From assembly GCF_009914755.1 (NCBI RefSeq), contig NC_060926.1: a stretch of 64,000 nt of DNA; one strand, 5' to 3'. A program made the translations under genes and the position numbers. Below are positions 1 through 12,960 of this stretch, piece by piece. How positions within the stretch are numbered: position 1 is the first letter of the stretch; each line of letters starts with the position of its first letter. The notes beneath the pieces were generated by a model that saw only the letters and a program-made list of their open reading frames with translations, was not told the origin of the DNA and did not search any database. The DNA comes from the human T2T-CHM13v2.0 reference genome, Homo sapiens.

Positions 1-9
1 TTTTTGTAA

Positions 10-235
10 ATAACTGCTTTATTGAGATGTAATTCGCGTACCATAAAATTCACCCTCTTAAAGTGTACAATTCACTGCTTTTTAGAATATTAACAAAGCT
101 GAATAACCACCACCACTATCTAAACCACTATCACCACATATCTAAGTTCTACACATTTTTATCACCCTCTCAAAAAACCCTATACCCATTAGCAGTCGCT
201 CCCCATCCCTGGCAGCCACTAATTTACTATCTAAG
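10..235 (-). mobile_element. Old L1M (L1MB/MC-like) 3' end fragment
   Basis: tttattgagatgtaatt...ccataaaattcaccctcttaaagtgtacaattca...accaccactatctaa...cccattagcagtc is the typical antisense L1M 3'UTR. Confidence 0.8.
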
Positions 236-1894
236 ATGACACCTTTTCATGTGTATTTATTTGCACAAATTCCTAGACAGGAAGTGGAAAATTGGTAACC
301 CGTGGCCTGGTCATCACCAGGCTGTTTTACTATACAGGAAAATTGAAATAAAACCCCTGTTCTTGACTTTTTTGAGGGTTTGGTTTACTGAGTCCTCATC
401 CTTGTGTGGGAAAAGCTGGCCAGAGGGGAGCAGCAGCTGTCTGCTTTTGACAAGGCCTGTGTGCTCCAGTTTGCCACAGTCCTCACCACTCCCTATTGCC
501 CCAGGCTTGCCAGCCCTGCTGCATGACTCCATTGGTATGGGAACTGGCAGTCCTTGCCTGAGACCTTTGCTTCCTCTGAGGGGTGACACACTGTCAGCTG
601 TTTGCCAGCCTTTGCACCCCAGATCCTTTTCTGTGATGTGGCCCCCTGCCCAAAGCCCGGGCTCCCATGAGAGCCCACCAGACTCATGCCAGCCTTAAAA
701 TCTCTTTTCCCAAGAGCTAGTCTGTGTGGGTGGTCCAGGAAGCATCCTCCATGTCCATCTCTACACTTGGAAATGCTGCCCCTTGCCAGGACTGGTCGAC
801 ATAGGGACGTGGGTATGCCGGGACCTTGTTGTCTTGCCCACTTTCCTACCTATCACCTCCCCTTCTGTGACAGCTCCTCCACTCCACACTAATTTAAGCT
901 TTGTGTAGATATGGGCCCGCTCAGCATTTCAAGCCATTTAACCTGCTGTGATTGAAGCTGTGGCAATTAAATTTTAATTGAGATGCACGCTGCTTAAGCA
1001 GACACAAGACAGCTACAGCTATTGCTAATTAATTTTCTTCCGAAATGACAACATTTAATAATTATGCTTCGTGACGCGTGTGTTATTTATGTAGCCTCAC
1101 CTCTCCCGGTGCCGTTCAGTGGTGTCCATCAGGGGTAGTTGGTGGTGGTGTCACGTGTGCCTGCTGGATGGCTTCTGATGCGAACAGTGCGCTAATGCTC
1201 CGGAGGTGCTGAGACGCCCTTCCTGGCGTTTGAAAGAGCCCCCCAGTGCCTGCCTCGGGGTGGAGGCATTTTGCTCCCCCATGCACCTCTCAGCAGAGCG
1301 CCGAAGGGTTCTCACTAGGGAGAGTACCCCCCAGAGTAATTAAGAGCCCCTGGTTTGCTTAGTTAGGGAATGGCCTTCCTAGTTAAAAAACCTGATCCTC
1401 CAAGGCAGGGGAGCAGAGCGCTAGAGAGAGCCTGGGGTCTGGAACTCTCTGTGGACTTGGGTTTGGAACATGAGGGTGGGCATGCTGTCAGAGCTTCCTC
1501 ACCTATAAGGTGGGAAGGGGAGTGTTCCCCTGGGGGGAATGTGAGGCTGGCAGATTCCATATGCCATGTCGTACAGGGGCACAGGGGATGGGCAGGAGGC
1601 ATCAGCCAAGTAACAGCAGACCCGGCCTTCCCCCGGGCTCCCATCCCTTTGTGTTCTGCGGCCCTGGACCCCAGGCCTCCTCTAACGCTCTCGCCCTGGC
1701 TGGCACAAATCGCTTTCCTGGGCTTAGCCTGCCCAGGGGCTGGGATGGTCCCATCAGCAAGGCAGGGCCCCAGCTAGCCCTCTGAACTGGATGCTGTTTT
1801 TCCAGGGATGGAAGCTCCTGAGCCCGGACCACCCCCATCAGGTGCCTGGGCAGGTGAGGGATGAGATGGCAGGAGGCGATGGCATGGAGCACCT

Positions 1895-2050
1895 TCTGGG
1901 CACTGGGCCTTGACACATATTGACACATTTAATCTTCGCAGCACCGGACATGTTGTTCCCGCTTTCTAGATGGGAAACTGAGGGTCAGAGAGGTTGGGTT
2001 GCACAGCTTGTAAGAGGCTCTATTAGCTTTGGAACCCAGCTCCTGACTCC
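1895..2050 (-). mobile_element. MIR fragment
   Basis: atttaatcttcgcagca...tagatgggaaactgagggtcagagagg core MIR motif. Confidence 0.6.
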
Positions 2051-2767
2051 TTCCAGTCTGTCAGCTTCCAAAGGGAGGCCCAGTGGGCTCTGGGATGCTT
2101 GGTTGTGAGTGAGGTCCAGGGTGTGCTGAGTCTAGCCTGCCTGCTTGCTCTGGCGTGTTTGGTGGCTGTGTAGATGCATATTTTTCTTCTGGGTTCCCAG
2201 TAGACTTCTAGCCCTCCCTCTGCCTCGAGCCCTTTCCTTGCCCTAGACACATTTGCCTGGGCGGTGGAGTGGGGTCTGATTGGTTGGGGGCATCACAGTG
2301 AGCCTTGGGTGGAAGCTGGGGTCATCCCAGTAAGAGGGTGGAATGCAGGGGGACCTCACCAAGATCCAGGACCCAGGATTATCCCTGGACTCTGGTTCTC
2401 CAGTCCAGCCCTCCCTGTGAGGCTGTGAGGTTAGAGGAAGCAGCTGGGTCAGGGGCTGTGGAGGCCTGGGGCTGAGCCGGGGCAGAGGCATCCTAGCCGG
2501 CGTTCTCCCAAGAGGAGCCAGAGGGCCGAGTGGGGTCTTGAGGGAAGGCTCCAGTGGGCCGGGGACTGCCTCTGAGCCACCCTGTGAGTGCAGCGTGTAG
2601 AGGGCCCAAGGGTCTGCGTGGGGAGCTGTGGGCCAGGACCTCTCCCACCTGCAAACTCCCTCCTCTCACAGCTGGGAGCTCCTGTCTCCAGAAGGACCCA
2701 CTGCCACCTCCCCAGCAGTGAGAGGTGGGCACCTGACACGGGGCAGGGGGCGGTGCTGTCAGTGGAG

Positions 2768-3090
2768 CTGTGTGCACGCGTGTGTGTGAGTGCATGGCTT
2801 TTTGAGCATGTGCAGCTGATTGCGTGAGTGTGTGTATGATGTGAGAGTGGATGAATGTGAGAGTGGGAACCAGCGTGTGTCTTTAGGAACATATGACTAT
2901 GCGTGTGTGTGATAGTGTACAAGTGTGTGTAAGCGTGAGCCAGAGTATGACTGTGTGTGTGTGCTGTGTCAGTTCGAGTGTGTTTATGTGTGAGTGAGGG
3001 TGAGAGTGTGAGTTCCTGTGAGTCCAAGGAGATGTGTGAGAAGCCGTGTGTGAGTGAGTGTGGGAGACGGAGTGGGCGTGTGTGGGGGTG
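2768..3090. repeat. (TG)-rich low-complexity tract
   Basis: About 320 bp of degenerate tgtgtg/gtgagt repeats. Confidence 0.9.
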
Positions 3091-3280
3091 AGGCGTGTCT
3101 GAACGAGATGAGGGACAGGGAGGTGGTGGCACCAGTCCCTGTTTCCAGTGCCGTTTGGGCTGCAGGCTTAGAGGGTGGGGGCCTGTGTGGATATGCTGAC
3201 CTGACATGTGTGCCCACACAGCCTGGGGAGGAGCGCGGCAGGGAGGGGCGCGGCAGGCAGGTGCAGCAGCAGCTGGAGGA

Positions 3281-3651
3281 AAGCTTTGGGGGGTCTCTGC
3301 AGACATTGCCTCTGGGGGGCTACTTGTTTGGAGGGACAGTGATGAGTGGCCCAGGGTCTCTGCTGCCTGAGACTTGGCCATTGAGGACTTGCATCTGGGG
3401 TGTAGACTTGGGCCATTGGATCCCAGGCGGGGGTGCAGAGCCTAGTGTGGTCAGAGTGGGAGCACAGAAGCTTGGGGGGTCTCTGCAGACATTGCCTCTG
3501 GGGGGCTACTTGTTTGGAGGGACAGCGATGAGTGGCCCAGGGTCTCTGCTGCCTGAGACTTGGCCATTGAGGACTTGCATCTGGGGTGTAGACTTGGGCC
3601 ATTGCACCCCAGGCTGGGGTGCAGAGCCCAGTGTGGTCAGAGTGGGAGCAC
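3281..3651. repeat. Tandem duplication, two copies of a 186-bp unit
   Basis: ggggggtctctgcagacattgcc...gtggtcagagtgggagcac occurs twice at an offset of 186 (t3294 and t3480), with about 6 mismatches by eye. Confidence 0.95.
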
Positions 3652-4839
3652 GGAGACTCACTGGGGGTACAGAAGTTGCTGGGAGGCCATGGGGGGCAGG
3701 CAGCCCCCACCCGGCTAGGCCCAGCTGTGTTGGTGGCATCAAACACGGGGTTGGCAGCGTGCAGCTGGCTCAGCATGGTTGTGATGGGGCAGGGCTTGTT
3801 TTTGTTTGGAGGAGGGAAGGTGGCCCAGTACCCACTGTAAACAGAGCTGCTGCCACCTAACTGATGAGTTGTGCTGCTGAAGCCTTGTAGCCCCCACAGA
3901 TGATGGCCAAGAAAGTGGGGTCTGACAGGGCTGTCCTGGCCTCCTCGCTCCCGATTCTCCTCCCTATGTTGTGAGATGCCCAATTATTTGGCAGCCCTGG
4001 GCTTCCTGGCCCACTCCTCCTCCTCTTCCTTTGTATCTCAGAACTCGACGTTAGCTCCTCACAGCGTCCCTCCTTTCCTGTGACTCAGAGTGCTCCCATC
4101 GTCGCTCCTGATTCAGTCCCTGCAGCTCCTGCCATCACCCACACACAGCCAGAGAAAACAATTAGGGGGCACGGTGGGTTACCTGCCGGGTTCCTAGGGC
4201 AGGTGATGTGGCGCAGGACTGTGTGGCGGGGCGTGTGAACGGTGAGGGCAGGTGCTGTGCCTGAGTTCTGGGGCATCTGAGTGGCAGGCAGGCAGAGCTT
4301 CAGATTCCACATGTGGCTGGTGGGGTGAGACGGGGTGAAGTCACCCTAGGACCTGTCTAGCTGTCTGTGCCCAGGGGGTATACAGCAGGCTGGGGGCCAG
4401 TCCAGGTAGGCAGGGCACAGAGACCTTCCACATGGCCAGGTAAGTGCTGGATGGAGAACCTGGCACACCCATGGCCTCTGGCCTGCTTGTCTTGCTCCTG
4501 AAGCTGCGACAGGGAAGCCACCAGGTTGGCTTGCAAATACAAGAGGCTTTGTAAAATATGCTTCCGGCTTTGCCAGTGGAAGTGCTGGGTTGAACCAGAG
4601 GAAGGTGTAACCCTGGGTTGATTTGGTCACTTGGGCCACCAGGCTTGCCCGGCAAATGGGATTGGGGATGCTTCAGGGGAAATTGGACAGGGGAAAATTT
4701 GGGTTAAGAGGCCCCATCATGGCTGACTCAGGAGCCAGGCTCTCAGGGAAGCACAAAGAAGGAAGAGCATAAACTTCCCCTCCCTATATACCCACACCCT
4801 TCCCATGTAAAGTAAAAACCAAGGTAATATCCGCTGTGC

Positions 4840-4990
4840 ACTGTCATGAGCCCGCACTGCCCAGAGTACTTACACGCATCAGCTCATGTGAAACATTTAC
4901 AGACAGACTATCATCCTTCCATTTTACAGATCAGGAAACTGTGGCTCAGGAGGCTTGAGCTGTTTTTTCAAGGTCCCATCTGGAAAGGCC
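4840..4990 (-). mobile_element. MIR fragment
   Basis: ccattttacagatcaggaaactgtggctcagg core. Confidence 0.6.
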
Positions 4991-5349
4991 AGCAGGTCCC
5001 ATTGCCTCCTAAGACAGGCTGTGACATTTGAAATCCTGCTGACGAAGGATCTTACACCAGGGTGTGTGTGAGCCCCTGGCCAGTGCTGGGCAGTAGGGCC
5101 AGGACCTCCTGCAGTTCGTTCCTGGCCTAACAGGCAACTGAGGACAGGCTTGCAAGGTGCAGGTGTTGAGCATGGTGGTGCATGACGGCAAAGGTGCCAC
5201 AGAGTGCACACACCTGACTTGGAGAAGGAACTAGGGTGGGTCTGCCGGTAACATGGCCCAAGAGTTGGGAGCCATTGCCCAGAGGGTTTGGTCCTAATCC
5301 CTGCCCAGCAAGAGGATTTAGACTCTTGTGGTTCAGTCATAATAATGGT

Positions 5350-5520
5350 TGACATTTACTGAGGGCTTTCTCTGTGCTAGGCATGCCATGTCCATTATCT
5401 ATTCACAGGGAGGAAACTGAGGCACAGAAAAGTTAATTACCTTGCCCAAGGGCACACAGTAGGTTAAGACAGGGCCGGGGTCAGACACTAGGGCGGCCTG
5501 ACCCCCTCAGCCTTGCTCCT
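5350..5520 (-). mobile_element. MIR fragment
   Basis: catttactgagg...ctgtgctaggca...gaggaaactgaggcacaga...cttgcccaagggcacacag. Confidence 0.7.
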
Positions 5521-5624
5521 AACCACTCCGCCATCCTGCCTCCCCGGGCCAGGACTGGCAGCCTCGGGCTCTGTTCTCCTTCCCAGCCCGGGAGAGTGCA
5601 GGTCTGAGCTGTGGCAGCTTAGAG

Positions 5625-5685
5625 AGTGTATACGTGTGTGAGTGTGTGTTTGTGTGTGCGTATGTGTCACGGGTGTGTTTGTGTT
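5625..5685. repeat. (TG)n microsatellite, imperfect
   Basis: gtgtatacgtgtgtgagtgtgtgtttgtgtgtgcgtatgtgtc. Confidence 0.8.
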
Positions 5686-7107
5686 TAGGCAAATGGGGAA
5701 AGAAAACAACACCCGCATTCTTTTTCAGCCCCGTAGACATCACTGCATGGTGAAGGAATGTGGATTCAGTGCAGCAGGTTGTGTTTCTTTTTTTTTTTTC
5801 TTCATGGCACATAAATACCTTTGGGTTTCTCGGTTCTCAGAAAGGCATCTATTACTCAGGTCTTACTTAGCAGTTATCACTGAAGAGGGAAGCCTGGAGT
5901 GAGCATGTGGGCGGGCGTGCCACACACACTCATAACGCCCCCTTCAGCTGGAAGGCAGACTCCTTTTGAATCCAGATGAGCAGATGTCTTGAGACCAAGA
6001 AGATCCACTTGCCGAGCTCCAGCTGGGGGCTGAGAGCTCGCCCTGTCCTGGGAGCAGGCATCTTCCCCTCTTTCTTGCAGAGAAGCAGAGACCACCATCC
6101 CCACTGAAATATAGGGACCCTTGCCCAGTGTGAAAGGAGGAAGGGAGGAAGACAGGGAGGGAAGGAGGAAGGAAGGAGAGAGAGAAGCTCAGCACAGCTC
6201 CAGGCAGAACCTGTGGGAGTTTTTCCAGCAGCGTGGGGTGTGTCGTTTGCTCCCCTTCCCAGCAGGAGGAGGGAGTTTCCAGCAGGCAGAGTGGTGTGGG
6301 ATGAGGGACATGGCTGGTGGGGAGGCCTCTGGCCCCATGGCGGGTGTCCTATTCAATAGATGGTATCACTGTCCACTACACTACAGACACAGCAGCTGCA
6401 GCCTGGAGACGTTAAGCCTGCCACCCGGGTTCCCAGCTGGTAAGTGGCAGAGCCAGTCCTGGGTCGTTTCCAGCCTGGAACTCTGGAGCTTGCCAGTCTG
6501 ATGCACGTTTATTGGAGATGTGGTTCTCTCCTCTCCCAGCGATGTCCTGTGAAGGCTCTTTGGAGGCTTTCTGTCGTATTTCTGAGCTGTGTTACAGCTT
6601 CTGGACACCAGTGAGGTGACCCCACCCCACCTCTGTCCATGAACGTCAGGGTCATAGTCGTGGCAGCCCCAGCTGCCCTGGGGCTGTGAGCTGGCTCACC
6701 CCTCTGTCCTGAGCATCCGAGCCCTGAGGCTTCATCGTGTCAGCTCCCATATCTCTTCCACTCTGCATGGGCCCTGGGCATAAACCTTTCTTTCACCTTG
6801 CTCCATAGTCTATAAAAGGAGACACAAGCTGTCCCTGCTTCTGGGCCTGGTGGGAGGCTGAGATGAGAGAATAGGAGCCATGCCCCTGGCCTGCAGTTGC
6901 TGCCTGGCCTGGCCTGGTCCTGCTGCACCCTCACTGCCCAGCACTGAGGGCCAGTCCTTTGAGTGCGGGGGGATGAGGAGAAATGGCCTCTGATAGGGTG
7001 GTGGTCATAACTCCCAGGAAGAATGAGGCTGGGGCTTAGGGGCCAAACCCAGGGGCCAAAACCAGGTGGGCAGAGGCAGATTCTCCTCCCTTGCCCTGCC
7101 GGGGTCA

Positions 7108-7623
<516 letters not shown>

Positions 7624-8380
7624 TTACCAAAAATCCCAGCATAACTCAAAATCCCATTATTCAAACACAAATTTTTTTCTTATATACTGTCTCCCTTGTA
7701 CAGATAGTTCATTTTCCTAGTTGCAGTTATAGTGTGTATGCAATTTTGTTTTATTTTCACTTACGTGTGATCTTAAACATTTCTGTATTTCTCTAAGTCT
7801 TTACAATAATAACCTAAAATAGGCACAGTACTGTCCCGTTGTCTCGCTACGATAGCAATTTATTAAGAACTATTTCCCTCCCGTTAAACATGTGGGGTGT
7901 TGTCAGGGTTTAATGGGTGTACTTAACCCTGTAGTGAACATCTTACATGTTTCTTCTTACCTGTGACAGTGTCATTGAGGCAGGCCAGGGACTTAGCAGG
8001 TGTTTTATGGCAGGTGGTAGACTTCCTTCAGGGATAGCTGGAGTTCTGCTCTTCAGTGTGTTTTAAAACCAGAAACCCCTGAGCAGGCCTTCTTTGGTTT
8101 AAGTGCCTTCTGTGTGTGGGGTGCAGTACTAGATGTTTTTTTGCCATGAACTCATTCATAGTAATCCTGGAGCATCAAATTGTTAGCTCCATTTTCCATG
8201 ACAAGATAACTGAGGTGTGGCGAAGCTGAGTCAGTTGCCCACAGTTTGCAGCAAGAGGCTGACCCAGGCTTCAGATGCAGTATGCACCACTGCCTCTTTA
8301 CAGCTTAAGGTGGTGAGACCTCCATCCCTGGGAGGATATTCACTCAGAGCCTGGATGACAGTGCCTAGAATACTCTGGGT

Positions 8381-8588
8381 GAGGGTTTCTCAACTTTGGC
8401 ATCATGGACATTCTGGTTGCATAATTCTCTGTTGTGGGAACTGTCCTGGTCACTACAGGATATCTACCAGCATCCCTGGTCTCAACCCACTGGCCACCGC
8501 TGGCGCAATTTGGAGACAGTCAAAAATGTCTCCAGATATTGCCAAATGTCCCTTGGTGGCAAATTCACTCCCGGTTGAGAACTGCTGC
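8381..8588 (+). mobile_element. MER20 DNA transposon (hAT-Charlie)
   Basis: tttctcaactttggca...ataattctctgttgtggg...gcatccctggtctc...aaaaatgtctccagatattgccaaatgtcc...ggttgagaactgctg matches the recalled MER20 consensus, including its TIRs. Confidence 0.85.
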
Positions 8589-11500
8589 TGTAGAGGATTC
8601 CTGAGTAGAACAGGAGGTTGACTGCAGGCTCTCTTACAATCCCTGGGACCTCCATGAGGCTCCCCTACCTGGTGGGCTCCCTTGGCAGACTGTCCCCATC
8701 AGTGGGCCATTGATTGGAAAGACTTGTTGGGGAGGCCATCGAAAGGAGAGGGGGAAGGAGCAAGCAGCACACTGCAAAGAGTCATGGGATGCAGGCTCAG
8801 GAGAAAGCCTGGAGCACCTCTTCCATGCTCAGACCCAAATTTGGGGCACACAGCTTTACAATAATCAGCTCTGGGGCAGGGGAACTGGCTCCCAGTAATG
8901 ACCTTGCCTAGCAGCCTCATGACCAAGAGACACCTAAACCTGTGACCTCCTCTGCAGCTTCCTGCCGTCTTGGAGGGCTCTCTAGGAAGTCTCATGTGGC
9001 ACCCTGGCTTCCCATATGGGCTGGGGACATCCTTGAGTATCTTTCCAGGGACAGTCCTGGCCAAGGAACCCAGAGCCAAGCCCACCTGTGGCACCTGGTC
9101 TCACAAAGCCAGGCCACAGTGGGGGCTGGCAGGGAGACCATGATTGGATTTGCAGGCTCCGTGTAGACTGGGCTTTAAAGAGCGTTCTCATTTCCTCTCC
9201 GGAAGCCTTCAAAAGGCCACGGGAACAAAAGAGGCTTGATTGATTGTGTCTTGGAGAGAGTCATCGAAAGGAGAGGGGGAAGAGCAAGCAGCACACGGCA
9301 AAGGCACTTAATTCTGCACACAGTGTCATGCCAAGAAACCACGAAGTGCAGGAACAAGCAGGAGACATTTTCCTTTTATCAGTAGGGTGTGTCCTTAGCG
9401 GTAACAGCCAGGGACAGCTGGCAGCACAGAGTTTTTGGCACCTTGCTTTCCTCCTCCTCCTCCCTCCATCCCTCTCCATACTATCCACGTTGATTTAAGA
9501 GAAGGGAACTTTTTATATGAAAACCACTTAAAGTCTGATCTTATTCCAGGGCAGTTTGCATTTCAATCGGTTGCTCTTGAAAACTAGCAAGCTTCAAAGA
9601 AGTGACTGTCCAGTGGTAGAATTTCAGGTGGGGAGTCAGAGTGATTTTTGTTTAGCCAATGAGATCTGACTGGCACCTTCCAAGATACCAGCGACGAGCT
9701 AGGCTGCGGCTTCGGCTTCGTGTGAGGCTCTCTGGGGTCAGTTAAACATCCCGTTACCAGCTGTCTACTGGGTGGCAGCCACTGGGGGACATGGTGTGCG
9801 GGGGCAATCCAGGAGACAGCTGACTTTAGAACACTGGGTTCACTCTGATGGCCCTCACTCATGGCATGCTTACTGGATGCCAACTGTGTGCCAGGGGCCT
9901 GGGAATGAAAGTCAAATATCTGAGCCATCCAGTGGAACAGGCAGTGAAGCACACTGTAGAAGCTTCACCCAGTGCTGTGCTGTGGGTCTCCCAGGCTAAT
10001 AAGGGGCCATGTGGGAGCACCAGGCCCTTGCCTGGGGCAGGAGGGCTGGGACACGTGTGCTGGGTGGAAGAGATCCCAGCCTTAGCTCTTAGGAGTTCAT
10101 CAGACAGGTGTTTTTTGAAGGGGAAGGGCATGAATGCAAAGGCCTGACAGGCAGTGTCTGGGGGTTGCAGGCTTCTAGAAATAACATAAAGGGCGAGTCC
10201 TGAGTTGGTGGCAAGTGAGGCTGAGGGGGCAGGGAGGGCACAGGCCTTGGGGGTTTTGGGGGCCCAGATAAGGAGTTTGAATGTCATTCTGCAGACAGTG
10301 GGGAGTCCCGAGGGGTAAGCACACCCTTCCAGTCTGCCGGACACTTGACTTCCAGGACTCAGAGCTACAGGCTTCCATGCTTGCCCTGCCTCCTGCTCGC
10401 CCCCCAGACACAGCCTCCATCTGCTGTGGTCCTCTCTGCTTTAGCAGGCCTTTCTGGACCGGAACTGTTCTTCCTTTGAAAATGCTCACTCATCCCTGCC
10501 TCCAGGAAACCTTCCTTGACTCCCTCAGGTTAGCAAGACTGGTAGCCCCCCAGAGCTTATCCCTGCTAGGAGGCTTATTCTGGGTTGGCACGGCCTGTTT
10601 CCTCTGATGCCGGTCTCCCCACCCCACACCTGGACTGGAAGCTCTGGGGCGGTAGTACTGTGTTTCCCTCACTTCTGTGGTCAAGGATGGAGACTCAAGA
10701 TTGGCACACAGTAGGCCCTCAGGAAACCTGTGCCACCCAAATAAAGAACGTCGAGCTTGTCTCAAGTCACGGAGCTGGTCAAACCCTCCTGGCCTCCTTG
10801 AGCCGGCGCATGTCCAGGCTGCAGCAGACCACATTATTGGATCCGGGTCCCAGACACCTGGCCTGGGCTGCGATGAGGTGGCTGCCAGGAGGGAGGGAGG
10901 GTGGCTGAGGGCATGTGGCCTCCTGGGCATGCAGAGGAAGGCCAGGGCCTGGGAGAGACTGGACCAGGCAGGAGCGAGGCTTATCCAGGGCCGGCTTAGC
11001 ACGTGAGCTACCTCCTACCTCATCATGAAGATCCCAGCTGAAGGCAGGGCACTCCTGTTGGCTTCATTGCAAGGAAAAAGTGGTGTTCTACTGGCCAGGG
11101 TGGTGCTGGCTGTTGGTTGCTGGCAGACTTGGAGGAAAGCCGGTGGCTGAGGCTGGCAGAGGCACAGACAGAAGGGCTGGGTGCAGGCATCACCTGGGAG
11201 GTGTGGGGAGGGCTGCAGCTGGGCAAGTTGGAGCAGGAGACCAAACCAGGAGATGCCAGGGCCACACACCAGCCCGGTTCTCCCTGGAGCCTCGAGAAGC
11301 AGAGCTACCACCCTGGATCTGCAGTCAGCACTCCCACCCCTGCCCTGCCCCTGCCCCAAGCCCAGCACCACCCATGGAGAGGGTGACCTCAGGCCTTGGA
11401 GATTGCTGGCTCGTGGCTGCAGGTGGCTTGGATCCATGCACTTGGATCCTGGTATGCTCCCCTCACATGTCAAAATTCCTGTCTCCATCCAATCATGGCA

Positions 11501-12704
11501 TAACACTGTACTCCCTGGGGGTCCAGCCTGCCTATCTCACACCCAGAGTTGCACTGCCAGTCTGGGCTGGGATAGCGATGTGGTTAACTGCAACCAACTG
11601 CTGTGGTTATAAACCAGGTAAGGGGCCCAGTGACAGCCCCGCTGCATCATTGGCAAAGGACTGCTTGGGGGCTGAGCTGCCCGGGGGCTGGATGAGATGA
11701 CCCCTGGAGGCCTTTCTGGGTGCCAGACTCTGTCATAAGAGGGAGAAGACAGAGGGGTTAGAAACACGTGGTCTGGGCTTGGGGTGGCTCCTGGCAAGGC
11801 AGCCTCACAATCCCAGGATCCGTAAGAGGACAAACTCAGAGGAATCAAAACGCAGCTCTCCCCACCACCCTGGACGGGTCTCAGCGAGTGTCAGAGCCCA
11901 TCGCCAGGTTCTGAGGAGCAGTGTGATGGGCCAATGGGAGGCTCCTCTCCCTGTAGCTTGCCCAGAGTCCTGCCAACCAGACAGGGTCCCAGGTCAGCCC
12001 AGCTCCTTTCTCAAGACTTTGAGACTTGGTGTCGGTTGGATCACATTGTTTGAAGAGGTGAGATTTGTCCTTGATCTGCAGACATCTCCCACCACCGCCA
12101 TCATCCCTGCTGTTTGGGTCCTAATTGGAAGAGCCTGGAAAGGCCACCTGCACCATTCCCCTGACCCCAAAATACCACCCCCACCCTCCAACCCCCCGCC
12201 CAACCTGCAATTCCACTGAGAAAATAGCTCTTTTGAGTGTGTCAGTGCTCAAAAAGCGCTTTTAAGAGATAAACACTTTTTTATTCATCTTGAAAATGGT
12301 TGTGCTTAGAGCTCAGCAGGTACCCAGTTAATATGTATAGGCTTCAGTGCTAAGTACTATGCATGGCAAATCTTTTGCTCTCAAGGGGTTTACAATGTAA
12401 GGGAAGGAAGGCATTCTTATGCAGTGCTGGCAAACACTGCCCATGGCAGACAGTACAAGTTGACTAGTGTGCCTCCTGCAGCAGACATTAGAAGTCGATT
12501 ACTGCACTTTTCCTGACCTAAGAGATAGCCTGATGCCTTCTCCAACCCAGCCCTCCCTTAAAGGTGCCTGTGGGTCTCAGGGTCTAGAAGCTGCTCACCA
12601 CGTGGACTTTGTGGGGCATTGAAGCCTGAGGGGATGCTCGGAGAAGAAGAGGATTCTTGAAGACTTGAGTGCCTGAGAGCATTTATGTGTTCAGTTCGTC
12701 TCTG

Positions 12705-12960
12705 AGTCAGTCAACAAACATTGATGGTGTCTGTGTCGAGGGTGGCCATAAAGGGACACGGACACGTAAACATGTAGTTAAAACACAATGAGATAGGAGC
12801 CTTGACCTTGGCAGGCACACAGGCAAGACAGACCCCTGCCTGGCCTGGCAGGGGGTGGTCCCAGGGAGGCTTCTCTGAGGGGGTGTCATAGTGGGTATTG
12901 GGGAACTAGCATTCCAGGCAGAGGAACCGCGTGATCAGAGTCACAGACAGCATGACTGCG
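12705..12960 (-). mobile_element. L2 fragment
   Basis: tcaacaaacatt...agggaggcttctctgagggggtg...gcattccaggcagaggaaccgc, typical antisense L2 3' region. Confidence 0.6.

Noticed and set aside
2449-3983. Long ORFs of 268-310 aa on both strands
   Set aside because: They arise from the stop-poor TG tract and the 186-bp in-frame duplication; His/Thr- or Gly/Val-biased with no recognisable domain.
4437-4445. Perfect donor CAG|GTAAGT (similar hits near 40036 and 49984)
   Set aside because: No convincing acceptor at exon distance upstream; isolated consensus donors are expected by chance in 64 kb.
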